From Candidatus Manganitrophaceae bacterium (GTDB taxonomy: Bacteria > Nitrospirota > Nitrospiria > SBBL01 > Manganitrophaceae), in contig JACQEZ010000006.1 of NCBI GenBank assembly GCA_016200325.1, forward strand, positions 30,302 through 94,301: 64,000 bases of DNA. The letters are read 5' to 3'. Both the position numbers and the translations under genes were made by a program. This document shows, piece by piece, positions 46,990 through 56,900 of the stretch (position 1 is its first letter; every line of letters starts with the position of its first letter). The notes beneath the pieces were generated by a model, which was not told the origin of the DNA, did no database searches, and saw nothing but the letters and a program-made list of their open reading frames with translations.

Positions 46990-48075
46990 ATGAAAGCAAC
47001 CCGGCTCTTGCTTACCGTGATACTCGTCGGCATCCTCGGCGTGTCGATTGAGACGCTGGCCGAAAACGAAAGAGAGGTGCAGCAGATGAAATCCCCGGCG
47101 GCCCAATTACCGATTGAAGGGACGTTCCCTTCTCTCGGCCATGCCACCGCGTGGCTCAATTCAAAACCGCTGACGCCGGCCGGCTTGCGCGAAAAAGTTA
47201 TCCTCATCGACTTCTGGACCTACACCTGCATCAACTGGCTCCGCTCCCTTTCCTATGTCCGGGCGTGGGCTGAGAAATACAAGGATCACGGATTGGTGGT
47301 GATCGGCGTGCACGCCCCCGAGTTCTCATTCGAGAAAAACATCGAGAACGTTCGCCGCGCGGTGAATGCGATGAAGATCGATTATCCGGTGGCGGTCGAT
47401 AACGACCATGCGATCTGGCGTGCGTTCGATAACGAATATTGGCCGGCGCTCTATTTCATCGATGCGAAGGGACAAATCCGACATCATCAATTCGGCGAGG
47501 GGAAATATAATCAGTCCGAAAGGATCATTCAGCAATTGCTGGCCGAGGCTGGATTCGGCGGCATCGGTCGTGACCTGGTTTCAGTCGACGCCCGGGGTGT
47601 GGAAGCGACGGCCGACTGGGGGCGCTTGAAATCCCCGGAGAACTATCTCGGATATGACCGGACCGAGCGCTTTGCCTCCCCCGGCGGCGCAACATTGAAC
47701 CAGCGCCGCGTCTATGCCGCCCCCGTGCGATTGGGGCTCAATCAGTGGGCCCTTTCAGGGGATTGGACGGTCGGAAACGAAGCCTCGGTGCTGAACTCGG
47801 CCAACGGGCGGATCGGATCCCGCTTTCACGCCCGCGATCTTCATCTCGTCATGGGGCCGGCCATGCAAGGCGGTTCCATCCGGTTTCGCGTCCGGATCGA
47901 TGGAGAGCCGCCGGGCGCGGCGCACGGCGTCGACGTGGACGAACAGGGCAACGGCATGGTGACCGAACCGCGGCTTTATCAGCTGATACGACAACCGACG
48001 CCGATCGCGGACCGACTGTTCGAGATCGAATTTCTAGATCAGGGTGTGGCGGTTTATGCGTTCACGTTTGGCTGA
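46990..48075 (+). CDS. Exported DipZ-like redoxin with C-terminal beta-sandwich domain
   Basis: Signal peptide, WLNSKPLT, DFWTYTCINW, IGVHAPEF, YWPALYFID, SPENYLGY, AFTFG. Confidence 0.85.
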   Translation: MKATRLLLTVILVGILGVSIETLAENEREVQQMKSPAAQLPIEGTFPSLGHATAWLNSKPLTPAGLREKVILIDFWTYTCINWLRSLSYVRAWAEKYKDHGLVVIGVHAPEFSFEKNIENVRRAVNAMKIDYPVAVDNDHAIWRAFDNEYWPALYFIDAKGQIRHHQFGEGKYNQSERIIQQLLAEAGFGGIGRDLVSVDARGVEATADWGRLKSPENYLGYDRTERFASPGGATLNQRRVYAAPVRLGLNQWALSGDWTVGNEASVLNSANGRIGSRFHARDLHLVMGPAMQGGSIRFRVRIDGEPPGAAHGVDVDEQGNGMVTEPRLYQLIRQPTPIADRLFEIEFLDQGVAVYAFTFG

Positions 48076-48118
48076 TCTGCCTCAGGGGTCCAAAAAGCGA
48101 ACCGCCGACGAATCGTCC

Positions 48119-50866
48119 TTAAAGATCGAGCTCCGCCGCAACCAACGGATCGCCGACCTGGCGCCGTAGGCGGAACCCGAGCTTCTTGCAGATCCGTTGC
48201 ATCGGGAGATTGTCGGCCAGGATATCGGCGCGGATTCGTTTGAGATGTTCGTCTCGGCCGATCTGGATGAGCCGACGGAGCAGCTCGGTGCCGAGTCCTT
48301 TTCGTTGATAGGGATCGCTGATCAGCATTGAAAACTCGGCCTCCTCCGTCCCTGAAATCTGGGTCAGCCGGGCAGCCGCCAAGATTTGCCGCGCTTCCGT
48401 TTTGGGATCTTTGTGCTCCGCGACCAGCGCCATTTCGCGATCATAGTCGATGAAGCAGATCCGGGTCAGCCGCTCGTGGGCGGTCCGCTGGCTGAGCTTC
48501 AATGCCTGAAAGTAGCGGAGGTAGACGCTCTGGTCGGAGAGGTTTTGATGAAACCGGACCATCATCGGCTCATCTTCCGGACGGATCGGTCGGATCGTCA
48601 CCCTCGTTCCGTCTTTGAGCGTATATTCACCGACATATTGGGTCGGGTAGGGGCGGATCACCAATTTCGGAAGGGCCTCCTCCCGGACCTCTTTTCCATG
48701 AAGGAGCACCCGGGCGTCGAGCGCGATCTGCCGCGCCGATGAGACGAGAAGCGGATTGATGTCGATCTCCTTCACCCAGCGCTGTTCCACCACCAGACGG
48801 CTGAACCGGACCAAGAGCTGCTCCAGCGCCGCAAGGTCGACCGGCGCTTTACCCCGCACCCCTTTGAGCGCGGTGAAGATCCGTGTCTGCTCCATCATCC
48901 GTCGGGCGAGGGTCGTCGTCAACGGCGGAAGACCGAGCGCCCGATCTTGGAAGACTTCCACGAGGGTTCCCCCGGTGCCGAAAAGGAGGATCGGACCGAA
49001 CTCCGGGTCGAGGCTGCTTCCCAAAATTAATTCATAACCTTCCTGCCGGACCATCGGCTGGACGGTGACCCCGAGGAAATCCCGTGCAGGTACCCTTTTC
49101 TCGATCGCCCGGTAGGCGCGTCGGACGGCGGCGGCGTTCGCCAGGTTGAGCTGCACCCCACCGACATCGCTCTTGTGTGTGACCGTCTTCGAATCGAGTT
49201 TGAGGACGACCGGATAGCCGATCTCCGCCGCCGTCTCGACCGCCTCATTTTCGCTTTTTGCAATACGGGTTTCGACCGTGGGGATGCCGTAGGCCGAGAG
49301 CAGCTGCTTTGATTCGAATTCGGTCAGGAGCGTTCGTCCTGATTTGCGGATCGACCGAATCAGCCGCTCGGCGGCGCCGGGATGGATCCCCTCTTCGGTG
49401 GTAAGCACCGGGGTTTCATAAAGGCTTCGAAGATGATAGTTGTATCGCCACATGTAGTTGAAGGCGCGGACGGCGGTGTCGGGATAGGGGAAGGTCGGAA
49501 TCCCGGCCTGGTTTAGAATCTGGGTGCCGGCGGCCACGTCGGCGCCCCCCATCCAGCTCGCGAGGATCGGCTTGCCGTCGAGCCGCGCGTGCGCCTTCAA
49601 CCGCTCGGCGGTTTGGGTCGGATCGGTCATCGCCTGCGGGGCCAAGATGGCGAGAAGCGCGTCGCTGTGAGGGTCCTGGGCGGCGGTCTCCACCGCTTTC
49701 GCGTAACGTTCGGCGCTGGCGTCTCCGAGGATGTCGATCGGATTGCCGTGGCTCCAATGCGGGGGAAGAAATTGGTTGAGCGCTTTGATCGTCTCCGGCG
49801 CCGGCTCCGAGAGAACCCCTCCGCCCAGAATCAACGCGTCGGTTGCGAGCACCCCCGGTCCGCCGGCGTTCGTCACGATCGTCAGACGCGGGCCTTTGGG
49901 CCGGGGCTGTTTGGATAAGACCTCCGACATGTAGAAAAGGTCGGCGATTCGGTCGACCCGGAGGACACCCGATCGGCGAAACGCGGCATGCAGCACCTCA
50001 TCGCTTCCGGTCAGGGCGCCGGTGTGCGAAGCGGCCGCTTTCGCCGCGGCCTGGGTCCGTCCCGCTTTGATCACGATGATCGGCTTGGTCAGCGCGACCT
50101 CGCGGGCCGCCGAGAGGAACGAGCGGGCATCACCGATCGATTCCATGTAGAGGACGATGCTCTGCGTCCGGGGATCGTTGCCGAGATAATCGATCAGATC
50201 GCCCCAGTTGACGTCGAGCATCGATCCGATCGAGACGAACGCGGAGAAGCCGACCAGCTCTTGAAGACTCCAATCAAGAATCGCCGTGCAGAGCGCGCCG
50301 CTCTGGCTGATGAAGCCGACACTTCCTCCCCGCGCCATGGCCCCTGCGAACGTCGCGTTGAGGCCGGTCAACGGGTTCATCACCCCGAGACAGTTGGGGC
50401 CGATGATCCGCATCTTTCCCCGCCGCGCCTCGGCAAGAATCTGCCGCTCCAGCTCGGCCCCGGCGGCCCCCGCCTCTTTGAAGCCGGCCGAGATGATGAT
50501 CGCTCCTCGAACGCCGGCGTCGACACATTCTCGGATGATTTCCGGCACCGTCTGCGCCGGGGTGGCGATGACGGCGAGATCGACCGGTTCCGGCACCGAC
50601 GCAATATTGGGATACGCTTTGATTCCGAGGACGCTCACCCGCTTGGGATTGATCGGAAAGACCACGCCGCCGAACGGGCTGCCGACCAGGTTGCGGAGGA
50701 GGGTCCTCCCGACACTCCCTTCCTGCTCGCTCGCGCCGACGAGCGCGACCGTCTTCGGGGAGAAGAAGAGATCGAGGGGATGGTGCCGGGCGCGAAGGAG
50801 GTCATGGGCCGGCTCCCGCTCCGGGATAACGTGGGATGCCGGACGTTTCGGTTTTTCCTTGGACAT
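48119..50866 (-). CDS. Bifunctional acyl-CoA synthetase (NDP-forming)-like / GNAT protein lysine acetyltransferase (Pat type)
   Basis: CoA-binding N-terminus ([15 protein letters not shown]), ISQSG, SHTGAL, ATP-grasp ([21 protein letters not shown]), C-terminal GNAT ([16 protein letters not shown]). Confidence 0.9.
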   Translation of the reverse strand: MSKEKPKRPASHVIPEREPAHDLLRARHHPLDLFFSPKTVALVGASEQEGSVGRTLLRNLVGSPFGGVVFPINPKRVSVLGIKAYPNIASVPEPVDLAVIATPAQTVPEIIRECVDAGVRGAIIISAGFKEAGAAGAELERQILAEARRGKMRIIGPNCLGVMNPLTGLNATFAGAMARGGSVGFISQSGALCTAILDWSLQELVGFSAFVSIGSMLDVNWGDLIDYLGNDPRTQSIVLYMESIGDARSFLSAAREVALTKPIIVIKAGRTQAAAKAAASHTGALTGSDEVLHAAFRRSGVLRVDRIADLFYMSEVLSKQPRPKGPRLTIVTNAGGPGVLATDALILGGGVLSEPAPETIKALNQFLPPHWSHGNPIDILGDASAERYAKAVETAAQDPHSDALLAILAPQAMTDPTQTAERLKAHARLDGKPILASWMGGADVAAGTQILNQAGIPTFPYPDTAVRAFNYMWRYNYHLRSLYETPVLTTEEGIHPGAAERLIRSIRKSGRTLLTEFESKQLLSAYGIPTVETRIAKSENEAVETAAEIGYPVVLKLDSKTVTHKSDVGGVQLNLANAAAVRRAYRAIEKRVPARDFLGVTVQPMVRQEGYELILGSSLDPEFGPILLFGTGGTLVEVFQDRALGLPPLTTTLARRMMEQTRIFTALKGVRGKAPVDLAALEQLLVRFSRLVVEQRWVKEIDINPLLVSSARQIALDARVLLHGKEVREEALPKLVIRPYPTQYVGEYTLKDGTRVTIRPIRPEDEPMMVRFHQNLSDQSVYLRYFQALKLSQRTAHERLTRICFIDYDREMALVAEHKDPKTEARQILAAARLTQISGTEEAEFSMLISDPYQRKGLGTELLRRLIQIGRDEHLKRIRADILADNLPMQRICKKLGFRLRRQVGDPLVAAELDL

Positions 50867-50949
50867 TCAGTCTCCGTGGGGGTGATTCGTTAAAGGAGGG
50901 GAGCGGCAGAGCGGGAATTGAACCGGTCCCCTCCCTTTAGACGGTATGC

Positions 50950-51993
50950 TTAGTTCGCCGACATGACGACCTTGAGCGCTTTTTCCTTGGCGGCATTTCC
51001 GAAGGTGTCATACGCCTTCATCACGTCATTCAGGTTAAACCGATGGGTGATGAATTGCTTCGGCTGCAGCTTCCCTGATTTTACCATTTTCAGGAGCATC
51101 GGTGTCGTCTCGGTATCGACCAAGCGGGTCGTCAGGGTGATATTGTGGGACCAGAGCTTCTCGATATTGAACGTCACCGGTTTTCCATGAACCCCGATGT
51201 TGGCGATGTGTCCGCCGGCGGCGACGATCTTCTGGCAGAGATCAAACGTCGCCGGAATACCGACCGCCTCCACCGCAACATCGGCCCCTTTTCCGCCGGT
51301 CAACCCCATCACATTTTCGACCGCGCGGCCGTCGCTGCTGTTGATCGTTTTGGTCGCTCCGAATTTTTTGGAGACCTCCAGGCGGTTGTCGTCGACATCG
51401 ATCATGAGAATCTCGGCCGGGGAGTAGAGCTGCGCCGTCGCCAAGACGGCGAGCCCGATCGGTCCGGCCCCGACGATTGCGACGAGGTCTCCCGGCTTCA
51501 CCGCGCCGTTCAGCACGCCGCATTCGAAGCCGGTCGGGAAGATATCGCTCAGCATCGTCAAAGCCTCTTCATCGACCCCTTCCGGAATTTTGTAGAGGCT
51601 GGTGTCGGCAAAAGGGATCCGGACGTATTCGGCTTGCGTTCCGTCGATCAAATGGCCGAGGATCCAGCCGCCGCCGTTCTCGCAGTGCGAATACATCCCC
51701 CGCTTGCAGTTGGCACAGCGGCCGCAAGAGGTGATGCAGGAGATCAATACCCGGTCGCCGGCCTGGAAACTGCCGACCGCATCGCCGACCTGATCGATCA
51801 CGCCGACCCCCTCATGGCCGAGGATCCGCCCGTCGGTGACCTCCGGGACATCTCCTTTGAGGATGTGCAGGTCGGTTCCGCAGATCGTCGTCTTCGTGAT
51901 CTTCACGACGGCATCGGTCGGCGCTTGAATGATCGGTTTCGGTTTTTCTTCCCAGGCCCGTTTGCCCGGACCGTGATAGACAAGTGCTTTCAT
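50950..51993 (-). CDS. Zinc-dependent alcohol dehydrogenase family protein
   Basis: CGTDLH, GHEGVG, CGRCANC...C, GAGPIG, EAVG. ATG 51993 with GGAGG RBS. Confidence 0.92.
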   Translation of the reverse strand: MKALVYHGPGKRAWEEKPKPIIQAPTDAVVKITKTTICGTDLHILKGDVPEVTDGRILGHEGVGVIDQVGDAVGSFQAGDRVLISCITSCGRCANCKRGMYSHCENGGGWILGHLIDGTQAEYVRIPFADTSLYKIPEGVDEEALTMLSDIFPTGFECGVLNGAVKPGDLVAIVGAGPIGLAVLATAQLYSPAEILMIDVDDNRLEVSKKFGATKTINSSDGRAVENVMGLTGGKGADVAVEAVGIPATFDLCQKIVAAGGHIANIGVHGKPVTFNIEKLWSHNITLTTRLVDTETTPMLLKMVKSGKLQPKQFITHRFNLNDVMKAYDTFGNAAKEKALKVVMSAN

Positions 51994-52267
51994 GATTGAG
52001 TCCTCCTCCAAAGAGAATGGCTGATTCGATCCGAGTGTCCGGCAGACCTCCAGCGAAAAACATCGAAGCGCATCTGCTTCCGGCGGCAGCATCAGGCCGG
52101 ACCAGAATGTTCTATATCCTTAGCCATTCTGAAATATTTAAGGGAATTGGACAATCCCCCAAACGGGGTATTTTTAAAGGGAGGTGGAGCGAGCGCCGAG
52201 AGGAATGTCCTGTCGGTTAAACGCTCGCTTTAGGTGCAGAATGGTTTTGATTCGTAAATAGGATAGA

Positions 52268-52829
52268 TTATTTCCGCAGCGTCTTCATCGCCCCGCCCCA
52301 GCGGATCACCTGATCGAGCATTATGTTGACCGATTCCTCCTGGCCTGCGCCCGGCTTAAAGACCCTGAAGTTCTCAAAATCGGTGAAGAGGGAGAGGATC
52401 ACCTGGGCACGCACATCGGCAATCTGCAGCTCGGCCATCACCAGCCGCAGTTGTTCCACCGCGCGTGCCGCCGGCGCTGCCATAGCCAACAAACCCCGCC
52501 GCCTTGTTGTTCCACTCCCGATATAAATAATCGATCGCATTTTTGAGGGCGCCGGAGGTCCCATGGTTGTACTCGGGGGTGACGAAAACATAGGCATCGA
52601 AGGGATCGAGCTTGGCCGACCAGGCTTTGGTGTGCGGCTTTGTATACTGACCCAAGGAGGGGGCATCGGCTCATCGAGGAGCGGCAGGTTGAACGCTTTA
52701 ATGTCGACGAGCTCGTATTCAGCATCGGTACGTTTTTTTGCAATCTGCAATCTGATAGACCCATTGGGCGACCGCTTCGCCGTTGCGGCCCGGCCGCGTG
52801 CTCCCCAGGATAATGGCCACTTTGATCAT
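52268..52829 (-). pseudogene. NAD(P)H-dependent FMN reductase pseudogene with three indels
   Basis: GSTRPGRNG, TPEYNHG, LKNAID, GYG...RAVEQLR are spread over three frames. Breaks: 7-bp duplication (52739-52754), about 1-nt loss near 52658, about 2-nt loss near 52462. Confidence 0.85.
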
Positions 52830-53034
52830 GGTTCGCCTTCTTCTAATAAACCAAATTCTCTTCAGAGCGACATAAAAGAGCCTCCCTTTATTTAATACCA
52901 ACGAGCGGCCCCAGCGCAAGGATGATTCTCGATTCCTCAACGAATGGCCTGAGACTCCGGCGTGATAACGGTCGGGCCGGACGAAGGGGGTGAGGGTTCT
53001 TTGGGGGTGTCACATCAGGGAAGGGGACGGTGAT

Positions 53035-53436
53035 CTAGTGGGATTGGAGATTCAACCGGTCGGATTTTTTCTTCTTCTCGATGGCCCGCGCAACGTCGTC
53101 AAGGAGCCGGGGAATCTGAAACGGTTTCATTAAAAAACCGCAAGCCCCCATCAACACCAACTCCATCGCCTTGGGGATCGTTCCATATCCGGTGATGATC
53201 AGCACTTCAATGTGAGGGTCCTGTATTTTGATGGCCATCATGACGGCGGTTCCATCCATCTGCGGCATCCGCAGATCGAGCGTCACCAAATCGATCTTGC
53301 GCCGACGAACAATGTCGAGCGCCTGAAAACCGTCCGTCGCTTCTTCTATTTGATAAAACGGCATCAAGGCCATTTTTAGAGAGGCCCTCGGTCCCTCCTC
53401 ATCATCGACAATTAAGACCGTGCTTTTATTAGGCAT
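53035..53436 (-). CDS. Single-domain response regulator (REC only)
   Basis: LIVDDE, TLDLRMPQMDG, IITGY, LMKP. ATG 53436 with AGGAG RBS. Confidence 0.87.
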   Translation of the reverse strand: MPNKSTVLIVDDEEGPRASLKMALMPFYQIEEATDGFQALDIVRRRKIDLVTLDLRMPQMDGTAVMMAIKIQDPHIEVLIITGYGTIPKAMELVLMGACGFLMKPFQIPRLLDDVARAIEKKKKSDRLNLQSH

Positions 53437-53598
53437 CGGAGCTCCTTTGAATAAACTATACCCGATATCTCTTTTCTGACTATACATAAAGAAATGTAAT
53501 TTCCTCGAAATCGATCCGATTCCGCCCCATCTCGTCGGAAGCGCTTTGAAGGGGCCTCCAAGCAATGCTCGGCCGTGATCGGTGGCGCCGCCCGCCAT

Positions 53599-53638
53599 CC
53601 AGGGCAGGCCAAGGCGGGTCAAGGCGGGCCAGGACGGG
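53599..53638. repeat. Four imperfect 10-bp tandem repeats in the divergent promoter region
   Basis: CCAGGGCAGG CCAAGGCGGG TCAAGGCGGG CCAGGACGGG. Confidence 0.7.
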
Positions 53639-53927
53639 GCGGCCATGGCTTTCGATCAGCCCAACTTTTGCTTGACTTTAGAGCAAAATTATTCCAAATT
53701 ACTGTATGGATGAACCGGCGGCGGCCGGGAACACGAACCGTCTGGTTCGCGTATCCAAGCGTCAGCCACTCAGCAAAACTTGGCAGGTGAACAGGCCCGC
53801 GCATGCGCCTTGAAAACTCCGCAATCCTTCATCGCCGTCTCTCAAGCCCCGGGCATAAAAACCATTTGAATTCTTTTCCGTCTCCATCTGCTGGAACCCT
53901 GATTAACCCTTACTAAGAGGCCTATTG

Positions 53928-56900
53928 ATGGACAAGAGCAACAGTCCAAGTGCGACCGTCGACCCGAATACCCCAAGCAACCCCCTAAACGGCGATTCGT
54001 TTTCGAAACAGCTGCTCACCGCGATGCTTTCCTTCCGCGACGGCCAATTCGCCATCCGGATGCCGGTCGACCTGACCGGCGTCGATGGGAAGATCGCCGA
54101 TGCCTTTAACAACATCGTCGCTGTAACCGAACGCCGCGCACAGGAGACGGCGCGGGTTTGCCATGCGGTCGGCAAGGAAGGGAAGCTCAAACAGCGGATG
54201 GCGGTGCCGGCCGCTTCCGGGGGATGGGCCGACGAAGTCGCCGCCATCAATACGCTCATCGACGATCTGGTCTGGCCGACGACCGAAGTCACCCGGGCGG
54301 TCGGCGCGGTCGCGAAGGGGGATCTCGGACAGTCGATGGCGCTGGAGGTGGACGGCCGTCCGCTGGAAGGGGAGTTTCTCCGATCGGCCCAGCTGGTGAA
54401 CAAAATGATCGATCAGCTCTCGGTCTTCACATCGGAAGTGACCCGCGTCGCCCGCGAGGTCGGAACGGAGGGGAAGCTCGGTGGACAGGCGCAGGTGAAG
54501 GATGTCTATGGCGTCTGGAAAGACCTCACCGAATCGGTGAACCAGATGGCAGGGAATCTGACCGCCCAGGTCCGGAATATCGCCGAGGTGACGATCGCGG
54601 TCGCCAACGGCGATCTCTCGAAAAAAATCACCGTCGACGTCCGCGGCGAGATCCTCCAGCTCAAAGAGGCGATTAATACGATGGTCGATCAGCTTCGCGG
54701 GTTCGCCGCCGAGGTGACCCGTGTGGCGCGCGAGGTGGGGACCGACGGGAAGCTCGGCGGACAGGCGGTGGTGCCGGGGGTCGCCGGGACCTGGAAAGAT
54801 CTCACCGACAACGTGAACTCGATGGCCTCCAACCTCACCGGACAGGTGAGAAATATCGCCGAGGTGGCGACCGCCGTCGCCCGCGGCGACCTGTCGCGCA
54901 AAATCACGGTCGACGTGAAGGGGGAAATCCTCGAATTAAAAAACACCATCAACACCATGGTCGATCAGCTGAACTCCTTCGCCTTCGAGGTAAGCCGCGT
55001 GGCGCGCGAAGTCGGCACCGAAGGAAAGCTCGGCGGCCGGGCCGAGGTGCCCGACGTGGCCGGGACCTGGAAGGACTTGACCGACTCGGTAAACGCGATG
55101 GGAACAAACCTCACCGCGCAGGTCCGGAATATCGCCGAGGTAACGACGGCGGTCGCCCGCGGCGACTTGTCGCGCAAAATTACGGTCGATGTGAAAGGGG
55201 AGATCCTCGAGTTGAAAGACACCATCAATACGATGGTCGATCAGCTCAACGGCTTTGCCTCCGAGGTGACCCGCGTCGCCCGCGAGGTCGGAACGGAAGG
55301 AAAGTTGGGCGGTCAGGCGGTCGTGCCGGGGGTCGCCGGGACCTGGAAAAACCTGACCGACTCGGTGAACTCGATGGCGTCGAACCTCACCGGTCAGGTC
55401 CGAAACATCGCCGACGTGGCGACCGCCATCGCCCGCGGCGACCTCTCGCGCAAGATCACCGTCGACGTGAAGGGAGAAATCCTCGAACTCAAAAATACGA
55501 TCAACACGATGGTCGATCAGCTGAACGGCTTCGCCTCTGAAGTGAGTCGTGTGGCGCGGGAGGTCGGCACCGAAGGGAAGCTCGGCGGTCAGGCCGCCGT
55601 GCCAGGGGTCGCAGGAACGTGGAAAGACTTGACCGACAACGTGAACTCGATGGCGTCGAACCTCACCGGTCAGGTGCGGAATATCGCCGACGTCGCGACG
55701 GCGATTGCGCGGGGCGACCTCTCGCGCAAGATCACGGTGGACGTGAAGGGAGAAATTCTGGAGTTAAAGAACACGATTAATACCATGGTCGACCAGCTAA
55801 ACGGCTTCGCTTCCGAGGTGAGCCGTGTGGCAAGAGAAGTCGGAACAGAAGGAAAATTAGGGGGCCAGGCGGCGGTGCCGGGGGTCGCGGGAACATGGAA
55901 AGACTTAACCGACAACGTGAACTCGATGGCCTCCAACCTCACCGGACAGGTGAGAAACATTGCCAACGTGGCCACCGCCATTGCGAACGGCGATCTCTCC
56001 AAGAAGATCACAGTCGACGTGAAGGGAGAAATTCTGGAGCTGAAAAACACGATCAATACGATGGTGGACCAGCTCAACGCCTTCGCCTCGGAGGTGACGC
56101 GCGTTGCCCGTGAGGTCGGCACCGACGGAAAGCTCGGCGGCCAGGCGGTGGTGCCGGGGATCGCGGGAACATGGAAAGACTTGACCGACAATGTCAACTT
56201 CATGGCGTCCAACCTCACCGGGCAGGTGAGAAACATCGCCGAGGTGGCGACCGCCGTCGCCCGTGGCGACTTGTCCCGCAAGGTGACGGTCGACGTGAAG
56301 GGGGAGATCTTACAGCTCAAGGACACGATCAACACGATGGTCGACCAGCTCAATGCCTTTGCCTCCGAGGTCAGTCGGGTGGCGCGCGAGGTCGGCACGG
56401 AAGGAAAGCTCGGCGGTCAAGCGGTAGTGACCGGGGTGGCCGGGACCTGGAAAGATTTGACCGACAACGTGAACCAGATGGCGGGGAACCTGACGGCGCA
56501 GGTGCGCAACATTGCCGAGGTGACGATCGCGGTCGCCAACGGGGATCTCTCGAAGAAAATCACCGTCGACGTCCGGGGGGAAATTCTTCAGCTCAAAGAC
56601 ACTATCAATACCATGGTGGAGCAGCTCCGGTCGTTCGCGGCCGAAGTCACCCGCGTCGCCCGTGAGGTCGGGACCGAAGGGAAGCTCGGCGGCCAGGCCG
56701 AGGTGCCGGGGGTCGCCGGAACCTGGAAAGATTTGACCGACAACGTGAACTCCATGGCGTCGAACCTCACCGGTCAGGTGCGGAATATCGCCGACGTCGC
56801 GACGTCCATTGCCCGCGGCGACCTTTCCCGAAAAATCACCGTCGATGTGAAGGGAGAAATTCTCGAGCTCAAAAACACGATCAACACCATGGTCGACCAG

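Noticed and set aside
50892-50938. tRNA-3'-like fragment (GGAGCGGCAGAGCGGGAATTGAACC) inside a long-loop inverted repeat, as an att site or terminator
   Set aside because: The T-stem would have two mismatches, there is no CCA, no integrase nearby and no U-tract.
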